Positions 9,173 to 17,104 of a stretch of 64,000 nt of DNA are shown in pieces (position 1 is the first letter of the stretch; every line of letters starts with the position of its first letter). Both the position numbers and the translations under genes were made by a program. The notes beneath the pieces were generated by a model, which was not told where the DNA came from, did not search any database, and saw only the letters and a list, made by a program, of their open reading frames with translations. The DNA comes from Candidatus Sulfomarinibacteraceae bacterium (GTDB taxonomy: Bacteria; Acidobacteriota; Thermoanaerobaculia; Thermoanaerobaculales; Sulfomarinibacteraceae), in contig CAWCLO010000001.1 in NCBI GenBank assembly GCA_963796455.1, positions 359,372-423,371 on the forward strand. The letters are read 5' to 3'.

Positions 9173-9288
9173 GATGCTGGATGTTCGATCGAGCCCGAGC
9201 CCGTTGCCGTTGCTGAGCGGGGAAAGGGAGACCCGAACCGGAAGCGATGGACGTGACCGAATCTCCCTGAATCAGAGTGTCGCCTCCC

Positions 9289-9441
9289 GATGTCATCCTG
9301 AGGGGAGCCCCGCCTTGTCACGGCGCAGCCTGAAAGGCGAAGCCGGAAGGGGCGTAGTCGAAGGATCTATGGGATGAATGGAACACCTCAGTCCGCAGAT
9401 CCTTCGACTTCGCGCCAGGGGCGCTTCGCTCAGGATGACAT
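9289..9441. repeat. long palindromic unit PE1 (GATGTCATCCTGAG ... CTCAGGATGACAT)
   Basis: Outer arms GTCATCCTGAGxGGAGC / GCTTCGCTCAGGATGAC. Inner arms GTAGTCGAAGGATCT / AGATCCTTCGACT. A second copy lies at 21280-21400 in the same orientation. Confidence 0.8.
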
Positions 9442-9464
9442 CTTGAACGACAGTTCCGTTCCCG

Positions 9465-9503
9465 AAAGGGGAAAGGGAGAAAGGGAGAAAGGGAGAAAGG
9501 GAG
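9465..9503. repeat. tandem 8-mer array (AAAGGGAG)x5
   Basis: Read directly. It is a direct repeat of the array at 8397-8452. Confidence 0.9.
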
Positions 9504-9540
9504 AACCATACCGGAGACTTAGTTCGTGATAAGGGCGGGT

Positions 9541-9700
9541 CTCCTCTGCTCCTCTGCTCCTCTGCTCCTCTGCTCCTCTGCTCCTCTGCTCCTCTGCTCC
9601 TCTGCTCCTCTGCTCCTCTGCTCCTCTGCTCCTCTGCTCCTCTGCTCCTCTGCTCCTCTGCTCCTCTGCTCCTCTGCTCCTCTGCTCCTCTGCTCCTCTG
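9541..9700. repeat. perfect microsatellite (CTCCTCTG)x20
   Basis: 160 bp with no mismatch, ending 37 bp upstream of the ATG at 9738. A short copy of the same word lies at 21483-21498. Confidence 0.97.
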
Positions 9701-9737
9701 CGCGAGACTCGGGTGGGGTGTACAATGCCCGCTGTTT

Positions 9738-11255
9738 ATGACACTCCCACGCATCGTCATCACCGGCGCATCGGGCTTCATCGGCCGCAATCTTCTGCGA
9801 GACTTCAAGAACGATTTCAAAATCGTCGGTTTGGCCCGTCGTTCACAACTCCATTGCGGAGCGCCGATTCACAACAACATCACCTGGTATCAGGTCGACA
9901 TCGGCAACCGCGAACAACTTGCCACCGCATTCAAGTACATCCGCGAGTCGGGCGGAGCCGACTATGTGATCCACCTCGCCGCCCACTACGATTTCACCGG
10001 TGAGAACCATCCCGAGTATTGGCGGACCAATGTGGAAGGCATGCGCAACGTGCTGGAGGAGTGTCGCGGCCTCGATCTGAAGCGTTTCATCTTCAGTTCT
10101 TCGATCGCAGCCTGTGAATTTCCCAGAACCGGCGAAACGCTCAACGAAGAGAGTCCGCCCGATGGCGAACATGTTTATGCGGTGACCAAACGCATCGGCG
10201 AGGAGATGCTGGTCGAGTACGACGACATCCCGTCCTGCATCATCCGTCTCGCCGCGTTGTTCTCCGACTGGTGTGAATACGCTCCACTGTATATCTTTCT
10301 CGAGACCTGGCTTTCGGATGTGTGGAACAAGAACATCCTCGGTGGTCGAGGCACCACCGCCATCCCTTATATGCACGTCCGCGAGATGGGGCCCTTTCTC
10401 CGCCGTCTGATGGAGCGGGGAGATTCGATCGGGCAACGGGAAGTCCTTCTCGCCAGCCCCAACGAAACACTTTCCCACAAAGAGCTCTATGACCTGGCCA
10501 ACATCGATTATTTCGGCCAACGCCGGCGCCCGATCTTCATGCCCAAGGCCCTCGCCCAGATTGGTGTCTGGGGCCGCGATCTGATCGGTCGCCTGCTGGG
10601 TAACCGGCCCTTCGAACGCCCTTGGATGATTCAGTACCTGGACACCGATCTCGCTGTCGACACCAGCCGTACAAGCGAGCGTCTCGGGTGGAGACCGAGA
10701 AAACGCCTGCTTCTCCAGCGTCGGATGCCCTTCATGGTCGAATACAGAAAAACGAATCCCAACGAATGGCACCGTCTCAACCGCGCTGCCCTCAAAGAGG
10801 TTCATCTCCGCGACAATTTGCGGATCAACGGATTGCTCGAAGTGCACCTGGATTCGATCTGCACCGAATTTCTCGACCAGATGCAGTCTCCTGGTTCGGC
10901 GTCGCGTTTTCCGTCCTATCAGAATGTTGCCAGGGACCGCCTCGAGTGGCGTTTCATCATCCTGCTACGCCATCTTCAGAGCTCGATCCGAACCCACGAC
11001 CGCGGTCTCTTTACGACCTACTGCAGAGACCTGGCGGAAAAACGGCTGATGCAGGGCTTCGGGGTGCGCGAAGTGGTCGGTGCACTGCTGACGATGAATT
11101 CCATTTGCGTCGACACGCTGCGATCGGACCCCGAGGGCGAAGACCTCGGCACGGCGATCCACGACTACCTCTCGATGACCGTCCAGTTCGGTTGTGATCA
11201 GATCCTGGAGATCTATGAAGAGGTTGGTGGCGAAGAGATCGACGAAGACTTTTGA
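9738..11255 (+). CDS. NAD-dependent epimerase/dehydratase (extended SDR) with ~170-aa C-terminal extension
   Basis: 505 aa. Rossmann motif VITGASGFIGRNLL. Catalytic YAVTK (YxxxK). I do not recognise the helical C-terminal region. Confidence 0.8.
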   Translation: MTLPRIVITGASGFIGRNLLRDFKNDFKIVGLARRSQLHCGAPIHNNITWYQVDIGNREQLATAFKYIRESGGADYVIHLAAHYDFTGENHPEYWRTNVEGMRNVLEECRGLDLKRFIFSSSIAACEFPRTGETLNEESPPDGEHVYAVTKRIGEEMLVEYDDIPSCIIRLAALFSDWCEYAPLYIFLETWLSDVWNKNILGGRGTTAIPYMHVREMGPFLRRLMERGDSIGQREVLLASPNETLSHKELYDLANIDYFGQRRRPIFMPKALAQIGVWGRDLIGRLLGNRPFERPWMIQYLDTDLAVDTSRTSERLGWRPRKRLLLQRRMPFMVEYRKTNPNEWHRLNRAALKEVHLRDNLRINGLLEVHLDSICTEFLDQMQSPGSASRFPSYQNVARDRLEWRFIILLRHLQSSIRTHDRGLFTTYCRDLAEKRLMQGFGVREVVGALLTMNSICVDTLRSDPEGEDLGTAIHDYLSMTVQFGCDQILEIYEEVGGEEIDEDF

Positions 11256-11310
11256 GTTCGGAATTCGGAGTTCGGAGTTCGTAGTTCGGAATTCGGAGTT
11301 CGGAGTTCGG
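11254..11310. repeat. tandem 8-mer array (AGTTCGGA)x7, slightly degenerate
   Basis: Read directly. It begins inside the stop codon of the SDR gene. Confidence 0.9.
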
Positions 11311-11406
11311 CTATAGGGCCCACGCTCTCCATCTCAACCCATAGGTCATGAACACACATCTGCGTTTTTCTGCGCTTTCTGCGGTTCCTCCGATTGGTGG
11401 CCGATT

Positions 11407-11793
11407 TCAGCCTCTGGCAACCGCCCGGTGCACCAGATATGCCACCAACGCCATCGCGCCATCGGCAAAGCCGGAGAACCACACGGACCACGGGGTGTCG
11501 GCAATCAGCGATCCACCGATGAGAAAGACAAAGGCCGAGCTCTTGGCGATCAGCAACATATTGATGGTCCCATGTTGTTTGTACTCCACCACATATCCGG
11601 CCGCGAGCACGAAGTGAAACGCCCCCGCCTGCCAGATGAAGAAGATCGGATCAGCGCCGTCCCAACCGGCAAAAGCCACCGCCCATTCGGAAAAGAACAT
11701 CAGCATGATGCCGACGATGAAGCTGTGGAGGGCGATCAGACCGATGAGGATCTTTTCGTGCGTTGTGGTCAGTTTCAAGGCCATCATGCCCAC
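11407..11793 (-). CDS. small integral membrane protein (about 4 TM), function unknown
   Basis: 128 aa with hydrophobic segments. 10-nt overlap with the end of the protease gene suggests co-transcription. Confidence 0.55.
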   Translation of the reverse strand: MGMMALKLTTTHEKILIGLIALHSFIVGIMLMFFSEWAVAFAGWDGADPIFFIWQAGAFHFVLAAGYVVEYKQHGTINMLLIAKSSAFVFLIGGSLIADTPWSVWFSGFADGAMALVAYLVHRAVARG

Positions 11794-12308
11794 CAGATAT
11801 CGAGTTCGAGGGGAGGATCTCGACGTACGGCGGGACAGCCGAGTCTCTCGAGTTCAGCGAGCACCGTTTCAGTAACCGCGGGAACCGCATTTTGCACGGC
11901 ATCTGTCAGCGCGGTGCCCTGCCCGGTTGTCTCAGGCACGACTCCGACGAGGAGAATTTCATCCGGACTCGAGTCCGAAAATTCGGTCGCCATGAGTGCC
12001 TCGCGAAGACCCGGCTCATGGGGGCTCATACGGGAAGGGGGTGGCGTCGAGACGATCTCTCCGTCGCGAAGCAGACGCAGGCTGCCAGGTTCCTGCTTGC
12101 CACTGATCGTGTCGATCACAATCACCATTCGGGCATCCGCCAGGTAGGGCGTGAGATCCATCCCCGGGGTCCCGAGGTCGATCACCTCGACACCCTCTGG
12201 AAACTCGTACCCGGCCTCGAGGACCTTGATCGTGTAGGGCCCGAGACCGTCGTCTGTACACAAAATGTTACCGACACCGAGAATGCGGACGGGCTTGGTC
12301 TCAATCAT
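11784..12308 (-). CDS. hybD: [NiFe]-hydrogenase maturation endopeptidase (HybD/HyaD family)
   Basis: ILGVGNILCTDDGLG, DLGTPG and VIVIDT motifs. I chose ATG 12308 (MIETKPVRILGVGN); the ORF-track start at 12434 lies in repeat DNA. Confidence 0.85.
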   Translation of the reverse strand: MIETKPVRILGVGNILCTDDGLGPYTIKVLEAGYEFPEGVEVIDLGTPGMDLTPYLADARMVIVIDTISGKQEPGSLRLLRDGEIVSTPPPSRMSPHEPGLREALMATEFSDSSPDEILLVGVVPETTGQGTALTDAVQNAVPAVTETVLAELERLGCPAVRRDPPLELDIWWA

Positions 12309-12421
12309 CCGATGATTGTGCCAGAGCGGTGGGGTGATGGATAGTGCAGATATTCGAGTTCTCGGATCGGATGATCGATCCTCGGCGCTGGATACTGGAT
12401 GCTGGATGCTCGTTTCTGGAT

Positions 12422-13208
12422 CACCCTTGTCCAAGACAGAGTCTCAGACAGCAACCGGGGACAGGGACGGGGAACGGCGGACAGCGTCAGCGAACGGTTG
12501 TCAGGGTCAGCGATCAGCTATCAACAGCAGCGACAGACAGCAGCGCTCACCTTTTCGGGTTCAAGAGCCGCCAGGTCATCGCACGGACCTGATCGAACGC
12601 CTTCATCGCTTCACTGGCTCCGTTCGGGCTGATCGCCCCGGTGTGGGCGAGGAGTTCCAAGTGGCTGTCGACCTCTTTGGCCGAGGCGTAGGCGATTCTC
12701 CAGTGGTTCAACCGGTCTCTACCGAAACGGCCGTGGCCTTCTGCAAGGTTCGCAGGGACTGAACTCGCCGATCGGACGACCTGATCGGCTATGGATTTCA
12801 GCGGAGCCGGAACCCTCATCACGAGTTTGATCGCGATGCCTGCTGCTTCGAGTGCTTTCGAGTGGGCAACGAGGTTGGTGTTCGTGGCGGCGTTGGACAT
12901 GGTCACCTCCGGGTCGTTCATGCCCATACCCACAAGCCGGTGTGGTGGCCGATGTCAAGGATGCCCTGCACCCTGCCTGTCCTTGACATCGGCCGCCCAC
13001 CGGCTACCCCTTCTGTTGAACGACCCGGTGGTGGCCACTTCGTCGCATGTACTCCTGATCGCTGCCGCTGAACACTGATCGCTGATTGCTGTTCTCTGTC
13101 GCTGCTTCCTGTCGCTGCCGCTGGACACTGTCGCTGTCGCTGATTCCTGTTGACTGCCCCTGCCCCTGCCTCTGAACGCTATCCGAGACCCTTTCTCGGA
13201 CAAGAATG
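12422..13208. mobile_element. TIR-bounded four-helix-bundle element, copy B (intact gene)
   Basis: Left end CACCCTTGTCCAAGACAGAGTCTCAGACAG. Right end GCTATCCGAGACCCTTTCTCGGACAAGAATG, its inverse. CAGCG/CGCTG arms flank a complete four-helix gene. It lies between the hybC terminator and hybD. Confidence 0.65.
12547..12900 (-). CDS. four-helix-bundle protein (23S rRNA intervening-sequence protein / DGR Avd-like family)
   Basis: 117 aa from ATG 12900 (GGAGGTG 5 nt upstream). MSNAATNTNLVAHSKALEAAGIAIKLV...SASSVPANLAEGHGRF...HWRIAYASAKEVDSHLELL is the family pattern as I recall it. Confidence 0.75.
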   Translation of the reverse strand: MSNAATNTNLVAHSKALEAAGIAIKLVMRVPAPLKSIADQVVRSASSVPANLAEGHGRFGRDRLNHWRIAYASAKEVDSHLELLAHTGAISPNGASEAMKAFDQVRAMTWRLLNPKR

Positions 13209-13239
13209 ATGCCGCATCCAGTATCCGGCATCCAGCATC

Positions 13240-13267
13240 AAAAAAAGCCGGGGGCGAAGCCCCCGGC
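13240..13267 (-). terminator. rho-independent terminator after the hydrogenase large subunit
   Basis: Minus strand reads GCCGGGGGCTTCGCCCCCGGC followed by TTTTTTT, 22 nt after the stop at 13290. Confidence 0.8.
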
Positions 13268-13289
13268 GATTGAACAGGTTTGGTGCTAC

Positions 13290-14990
13290 TTACAGCACTC
13301 TCACCTTCGACTTCTCGTTGCCTTCCGTATCGTGGGTGTGGATCGCACACGCCAGACACGGGTCGAAGGAGTGAATGGTCCGCAAGACCTCGAGCGGCCG
13401 TTCTTCGTCAGCGATCGGGTTGCCGACCAGCGACGCCTCGTAGGGCCCCATCCGGTCGTTTCCGTCACGCGGCCCGGCATTCCAGGTCGAAGGAACAACG
13501 CACTGATAGTTTTTGATCTTGCCGTTTTCGATGACGCACCAGTGCGACAGGGTGCCGCGCGGCGCCTCGTGGAAACCGAATCCCTGGATCTCACCCGCCG
13601 GGAACTCGAATGGGGTGAAGATATCGGTGTCGCCCGATGCGATGTTGGCAACCAAAGCCTCCCAATGGGCGAGGGCCTGGTGAGCGATAACCCGTGCGCG
13701 AATGGCCCGGGCCGCGTGGCGTCCAAGAGTCGAATGCAGCACGGCCGGAGTCAGCTTGGCACCCGCGATGCTGCCCGCAACGTCGAGGAACTCGAGCGCG
13801 AACTTGGTGGTCATCTCGTCGCCGGCTGCCAGGGCGGCGAGCACCTGAGCGAGCGGTCCAACCTGCATCGGTTCGTCGTTGAAACGCGGTGCTTTGACCC
13901 ACGAATAGCGGCCGTTGTAATCGTACTCGGAGTACGCCGGGACGGTGTCCTCTTCCCACGGATGTTTCTGCCAGTCGCCGTCGTACCACGCATGAGCGAT
14001 CGATTCGGCGACATTGTCGCGGAAAAGAGGATCGTTGAACGATGTGATGGCCTGGAAGCTGCCCAGGTCGGCGTTCATGATGACTCCGCCAGGCATCTGG
14101 AACTGGGTGCCCTCGGCATTCAGCGGCAGTTCAGGAACCGACAGGTAGTTGGTGACACCGGCGCCGTAGCCGAGCCACGGAGCATACATGGCGCCGATCG
14201 CGGCCACGTCGGTGAAATAGACCTGGTCGATAAAGGTCTTGACCTCTTCCAGATAGCCTTTGATCTGATAGAGCTTCGCCATATTGAGCGTCGCCTCGTT
14301 GTCGAGGTTGATGGCATTGGCCACACCACCGACAGCGAGATTCTGGATGTTGGGAGTTTTGGAACCCAGCACCGTGACGACCTTGTTGGCGATCTTCTGG
14401 ACCTCGAGAGCCTGCAGGTAGTGCGAAACTGCCAGCAGATTCACATCCGGCGGCAGATCCATCGCCGGGTGGCCCCAATAACCGTTGGTGAAAATACCAA
14501 GCTGGCCTTTGGAGACGAAGTCTGCAACCTTGGCCTTGACGGCCGCAAGGTCCTTCTCGCCGTTACCGGGCCAGTCGGACAGCGACTCAGCAAGGCGTGC
14601 CGTGGTTCTCGGATTGCCGTCGAGGGCCGACACGACGTCAACCCAGTCGAGCGCCGACAGGTGGTAGAAGTGGACAATGTGGTCGTGCAGCGAGTGCGCC
14701 GAAATCAATAGATTGCGGATCAACTGGGCGTTAAGCGGCGGGTTGATCTGGAGCGCGTTCTCAACCGATCGCACCGATGCGATCGCATGAACTGTCGTGC
14801 ACACACCGCAGATGCGCTGGGTGAAGACCCAGGCGTCTCTCGGATCGCGGCCTTCGAGAATCTTCTCGATGCCGCGCCACATCTGACCGGAGGACCAGGA
14901 ATTGGTGACCTTCCCCCGGTCGACCTCGACGTCGATGCGCAAATGACCCTCGATGCGAGTGATCGGGTCTACAGTGATCGTTTTGGCCAT
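13290..14990 (-). CDS. hybC: [NiFe]-hydrogenase large subunit, group 1 (Hyb-type context)
   Basis: RIEGHLRIDVEV, L1 motif RICGVCTTVH, and C-terminal DPCLACAIH plus a 15-aa extension (protease substrate). ATG 14990 is preceded by GAAGGGGGGG. The ORF-track start 15059 overlaps the upstream gene. Confidence 0.93.
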   Translation of the reverse strand: MAKTITVDPITRIEGHLRIDVEVDRGKVTNSWSSGQMWRGIEKILEGRDPRDAWVFTQRICGVCTTVHAIASVRSVENALQINPPLNAQLIRNLLISAHSLHDHIVHFYHLSALDWVDVVSALDGNPRTTARLAESLSDWPGNGEKDLAAVKAKVADFVSKGQLGIFTNGYWGHPAMDLPPDVNLLAVSHYLQALEVQKIANKVVTVLGSKTPNIQNLAVGGVANAINLDNEATLNMAKLYQIKGYLEEVKTFIDQVYFTDVAAIGAMYAPWLGYGAGVTNYLSVPELPLNAEGTQFQMPGGVIMNADLGSFQAITSFNDPLFRDNVAESIAHAWYDGDWQKHPWEEDTVPAYSEYDYNGRYSWVKAPRFNDEPMQVGPLAQVLAALAAGDEMTTKFALEFLDVAGSIAGAKLTPAVLHSTLGRHAARAIRARVIAHQALAHWEALVANIASGDTDIFTPFEFPAGEIQGFGFHEAPRGTLSHWCVIENGKIKNYQCVVPSTWNAGPRDGNDRMGPYEASLVGNPIADEERPLEVLRTIHSFDPCLACAIHTHDTEGNEKSKVRVL

Positions 14991-15003
14991 CAGGCCCCCC
15001 CTT

Positions 15004-16209
15004 CTAATGAGCCGCCTCGGCCGGACGCGTGCCGCCGAGGATCGGGTAGCGTTTGACAATGACGATGTAGAGGAAGATCTCGAACGCGATCACGCCCAGG
15101 GTGATCAGGAGTTCGAGGGTGGTCGGGAAGTACGACCAGTTGTCTCCCGGATTGTATGCCACGATGTATGCATCGAACCGGTAGAGTCCTCCGGCGAGCA
15201 TGAACAGGATCGATGCCTTGAATATGGTCGAAAACTTCATGTTCCCTTTGGACCGCATGAGCATGACCATCGGCGCAACGAAGAGGGCGATCTCGATCCA
15301 GAACATAAGGCTCAGGAAGCCCGAAGTGAACATCAGCATCGTCTTCCCGCTGATGATGAGATCGGTGAATCGAATCAACAGATACAGACCGGTGACGACC
15401 ACCATCGCACCTGAAAGCGAGATCAACATCTCGTCTTCGCGCACGCGGTTGAAGGCCTTGCTCGAAATCGCGGACTCCCAGACAACCACCGCATATCCCA
15501 TTCCCACGCAGGAAACGAGGAAGAGGAGCGGGATCCAGGGAGTGTTCCACAGCGGGTGGAGCTTCCAGCCGGCGAGCAGCATCAGGGTACCGAGCGACGA
15601 CTGGTGCATGGTCGGAAGCAGCACGCCAAGGGCGATGATCCAGATCAGGGCCTTGTCATAGAACTTGAGACCGAACTTGGCGAATTTCACGAGTGAAGAG
15701 TTCTTGGATGTGGCTTCCCATTTTTCGAGAAATGCCGGACCGAGCTCGATCCACAACACACCCACGTAGGCCATGACGCACAGCGCCACCTCGAGGAGTG
15801 CGGAGTTCCAGTTGTAAGAACCCATGTCCGGGAATCCGCCCATTGGGATTCGCCAGACGCCCCACCAACGACCGACATCAATGACGATCGAGAGTCCCGC
15901 CATCGAGTAGCCGAGTGCACTGGTCAGCAGAGCAGGCCGCACCAGCGGGTGGTACTTGCCTTTGTTGAGGATGTAGGCCAAAAGGGCGACCGCATAACCG
16001 CCGCAGGCGAGCGCAGTGCCGGTGACCACGTCAAAAGCGATCCAGATGCCCCAGGGATACCCATCGGTGAGACCCGAGACAACGCCGATTCCAAAGAGGA
16101 AGCGGTATGCCAGGATCAGCACCCACAGCCCGAGGAAGATCGCCAGGAACCGGGTGAACCGGTTGTAGATAACGGGGCCGCCGACGGGTTCAGCGCGGTG
16201 CTCACTCAT
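15004..16209 (-). CDS. hybB: NrfD/PsrC-like integral membrane subunit of hydrogenase (HybB-like)
   Basis: About 400 aa and highly hydrophobic with many TM segments. It sits between the FeS protein and the large subunit, as in hybOABC. ATG 16209 overlaps the hybA stop. Confidence 0.8.
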   Translation of the reverse strand: MSEHRAEPVGGPVIYNRFTRFLAIFLGLWVLILAYRFLFGIGVVSGLTDGYPWGIWIAFDVVTGTALACGGYAVALLAYILNKGKYHPLVRPALLTSALGYSMAGLSIVIDVGRWWGVWRIPMGGFPDMGSYNWNSALLEVALCVMAYVGVLWIELGPAFLEKWEATSKNSSLVKFAKFGLKFYDKALIWIIALGVLLPTMHQSSLGTLMLLAGWKLHPLWNTPWIPLLFLVSCVGMGYAVVVWESAISSKAFNRVREDEMLISLSGAMVVVTGLYLLIRFTDLIISGKTMLMFTSGFLSLMFWIEIALFVAPMVMLMRSKGNMKFSTIFKASILFMLAGGLYRFDAYIVAYNPGDNWSYFPTTLELLITLGVIAFEIFLYIVIVKRYPILGGTRPAEAAH

Positions 16210-17104
16210 CGGAGCCCCCCTTCTTTGCCGCACGGCTATTGCGCCACATCACTGCGCCGAGAACCCCGTACAGAGCAACCGGTGCGATGAAGCCGCGGTA
16301 GATGCCGTGCTGGATGGTCCGGGCCTGGACTCCTACGCCCTCATGACCCACATCCGGCAGACCGAGTTTGTCGAAACCGACATCGGCGAGATAAAGCACC
16401 TGGGTGCCGCCACCTTCGGTGTCGCCGAATATCTGCGGATCACCGGCCGGGTAGTAGCGCTCCGGATGCTCGGCAACCCGTTGCCGGGCATCAGCCAACA
16501 GATCTTCGTATTTGCCGAAGATCACGGCTTCCTTGGGGCACGACTGGCAGCAACCCGGTTGGGTCCCTTCCTTGTACCCGCCGGTCGAGGCGTCGACGAT
16601 CATGTGGTGGCACAGCTCGCATTTGACGATCAGAGGAATCGCCGTGTCCCACTGGAATTTGGGAACATTGTAGGGACACGCCACCTGGCAGTACCGGCAG
16701 CCAATACAACGGTCCGGGTCCCAGGTGATGATTCCCAGTTCGCGTTTCTTGAAAGCACCGATCATGCATGCGTTGACGCAACCGGGGTCGATACACTGCA
16801 TGCACTGTTGTTTCATATACGACTTTTCGCCGTTTTCCTCATACAGCTTGATGATGTTCTTGGTGTAGCCGTCGAGGTCCTTCGGCGGGTCGTACAGATT
16901 GCCCGGGAGATTATTGGCCGACTTGCAGGCGGTCACACAGGCCTGGCACCCAATACAACGGGTTGCGTCATACAGCATCCCGTACGCATCGGGCGGCGCT
17001 TCGACCCGATTCGAAGAGGCCTCGGCGTTCGTTGCGGCCGAGACCGCAGCGCCGGCGCCTACCGCGGCGGCTCCTTTCAACAGAGTTCGTCGATCCATGG
17101 TCAT
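16202..17104 (-). CDS. hybA: Tat-exported 4Fe-4S ferredoxin-type subunit (HybA-like)
   Basis: Start MTMDRRTLLKGAAAVGAGAA (twin-arginine) in an ATGA overlap with the small-subunit stop. Cys clusters CIGCQACVTAC, CMQCIDPGCVNAC and CIGCRYCQVACP. C-terminal TM anchor. Confidence 0.85.
   Translation of the reverse strand: MTMDRRTLLKGAAAVGAGAAVSAATNAEASSNRVEAPPDAYGMLYDATRCIGCQACVTACKSANNLPGNLYDPPKDLDGYTKNIIKLYEENGEKSYMKQQCMQCIDPGCVNACMIGAFKKRELGIITWDPDRCIGCRYCQVACPYNVPKFQWDTAIPLIVKCELCHHMIVDASTGGYKEGTQPGCCQSCPKEAVIFGKYEDLLADARQRVAEHPERYYPAGDPQIFGDTEGGGTQVLYLADVGFDKLGLPDVGHEGVGVQARTIQHGIYRGFIAPVALYGVLGAVMWRNSRAAKKGGSDE

Noticed and set aside
9541-9700. Possible CRISPR array
   Set aside because: The repeats are 8 bp and contiguous with no spacers. 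No cas genes are in the window. None of the other arrays has a repeat-spacer organisation.
9720-9725. Leaderless-mRNA pattern: -10-like boxes immediately before start codons (TACAAT before ATG 9738 and ATG 23137; TATACT before hypA GTG 8375)
   Set aside because: Three hexamer matches without convincing -35 elements are within chance expectation. I mention the pattern only as context for the microsatellite finding.
9293-9820. 175-aa minus-strand ORF with (RSRGAEEQ)n repeats, plus companion ORFs 9519-9725 and 9526-9741
   Set aside because: These are simply translations of the (CTCCTCTG)20 microsatellite and adjacent repeats. All three frames are open because the unit is 8 bp. There is no start context or other coding signal.
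12547-12933. Diversity-generating retroelement (DGR), because the four-helix protein is Avd-like
   Set aside because: I found no reverse transcriptase ORF and no template/variable repeat pair with A-specific differences anywhere in the 64 kb. A trans-acting RT elsewhere in the genome cannot be excluded.
13290-14990. Selenocysteine-containing ([NiFeSe]) large subunit
   Set aside because: The C-terminal motif reads DPCLACAIH with ordinary Cys codons. There is no in-frame TGA.
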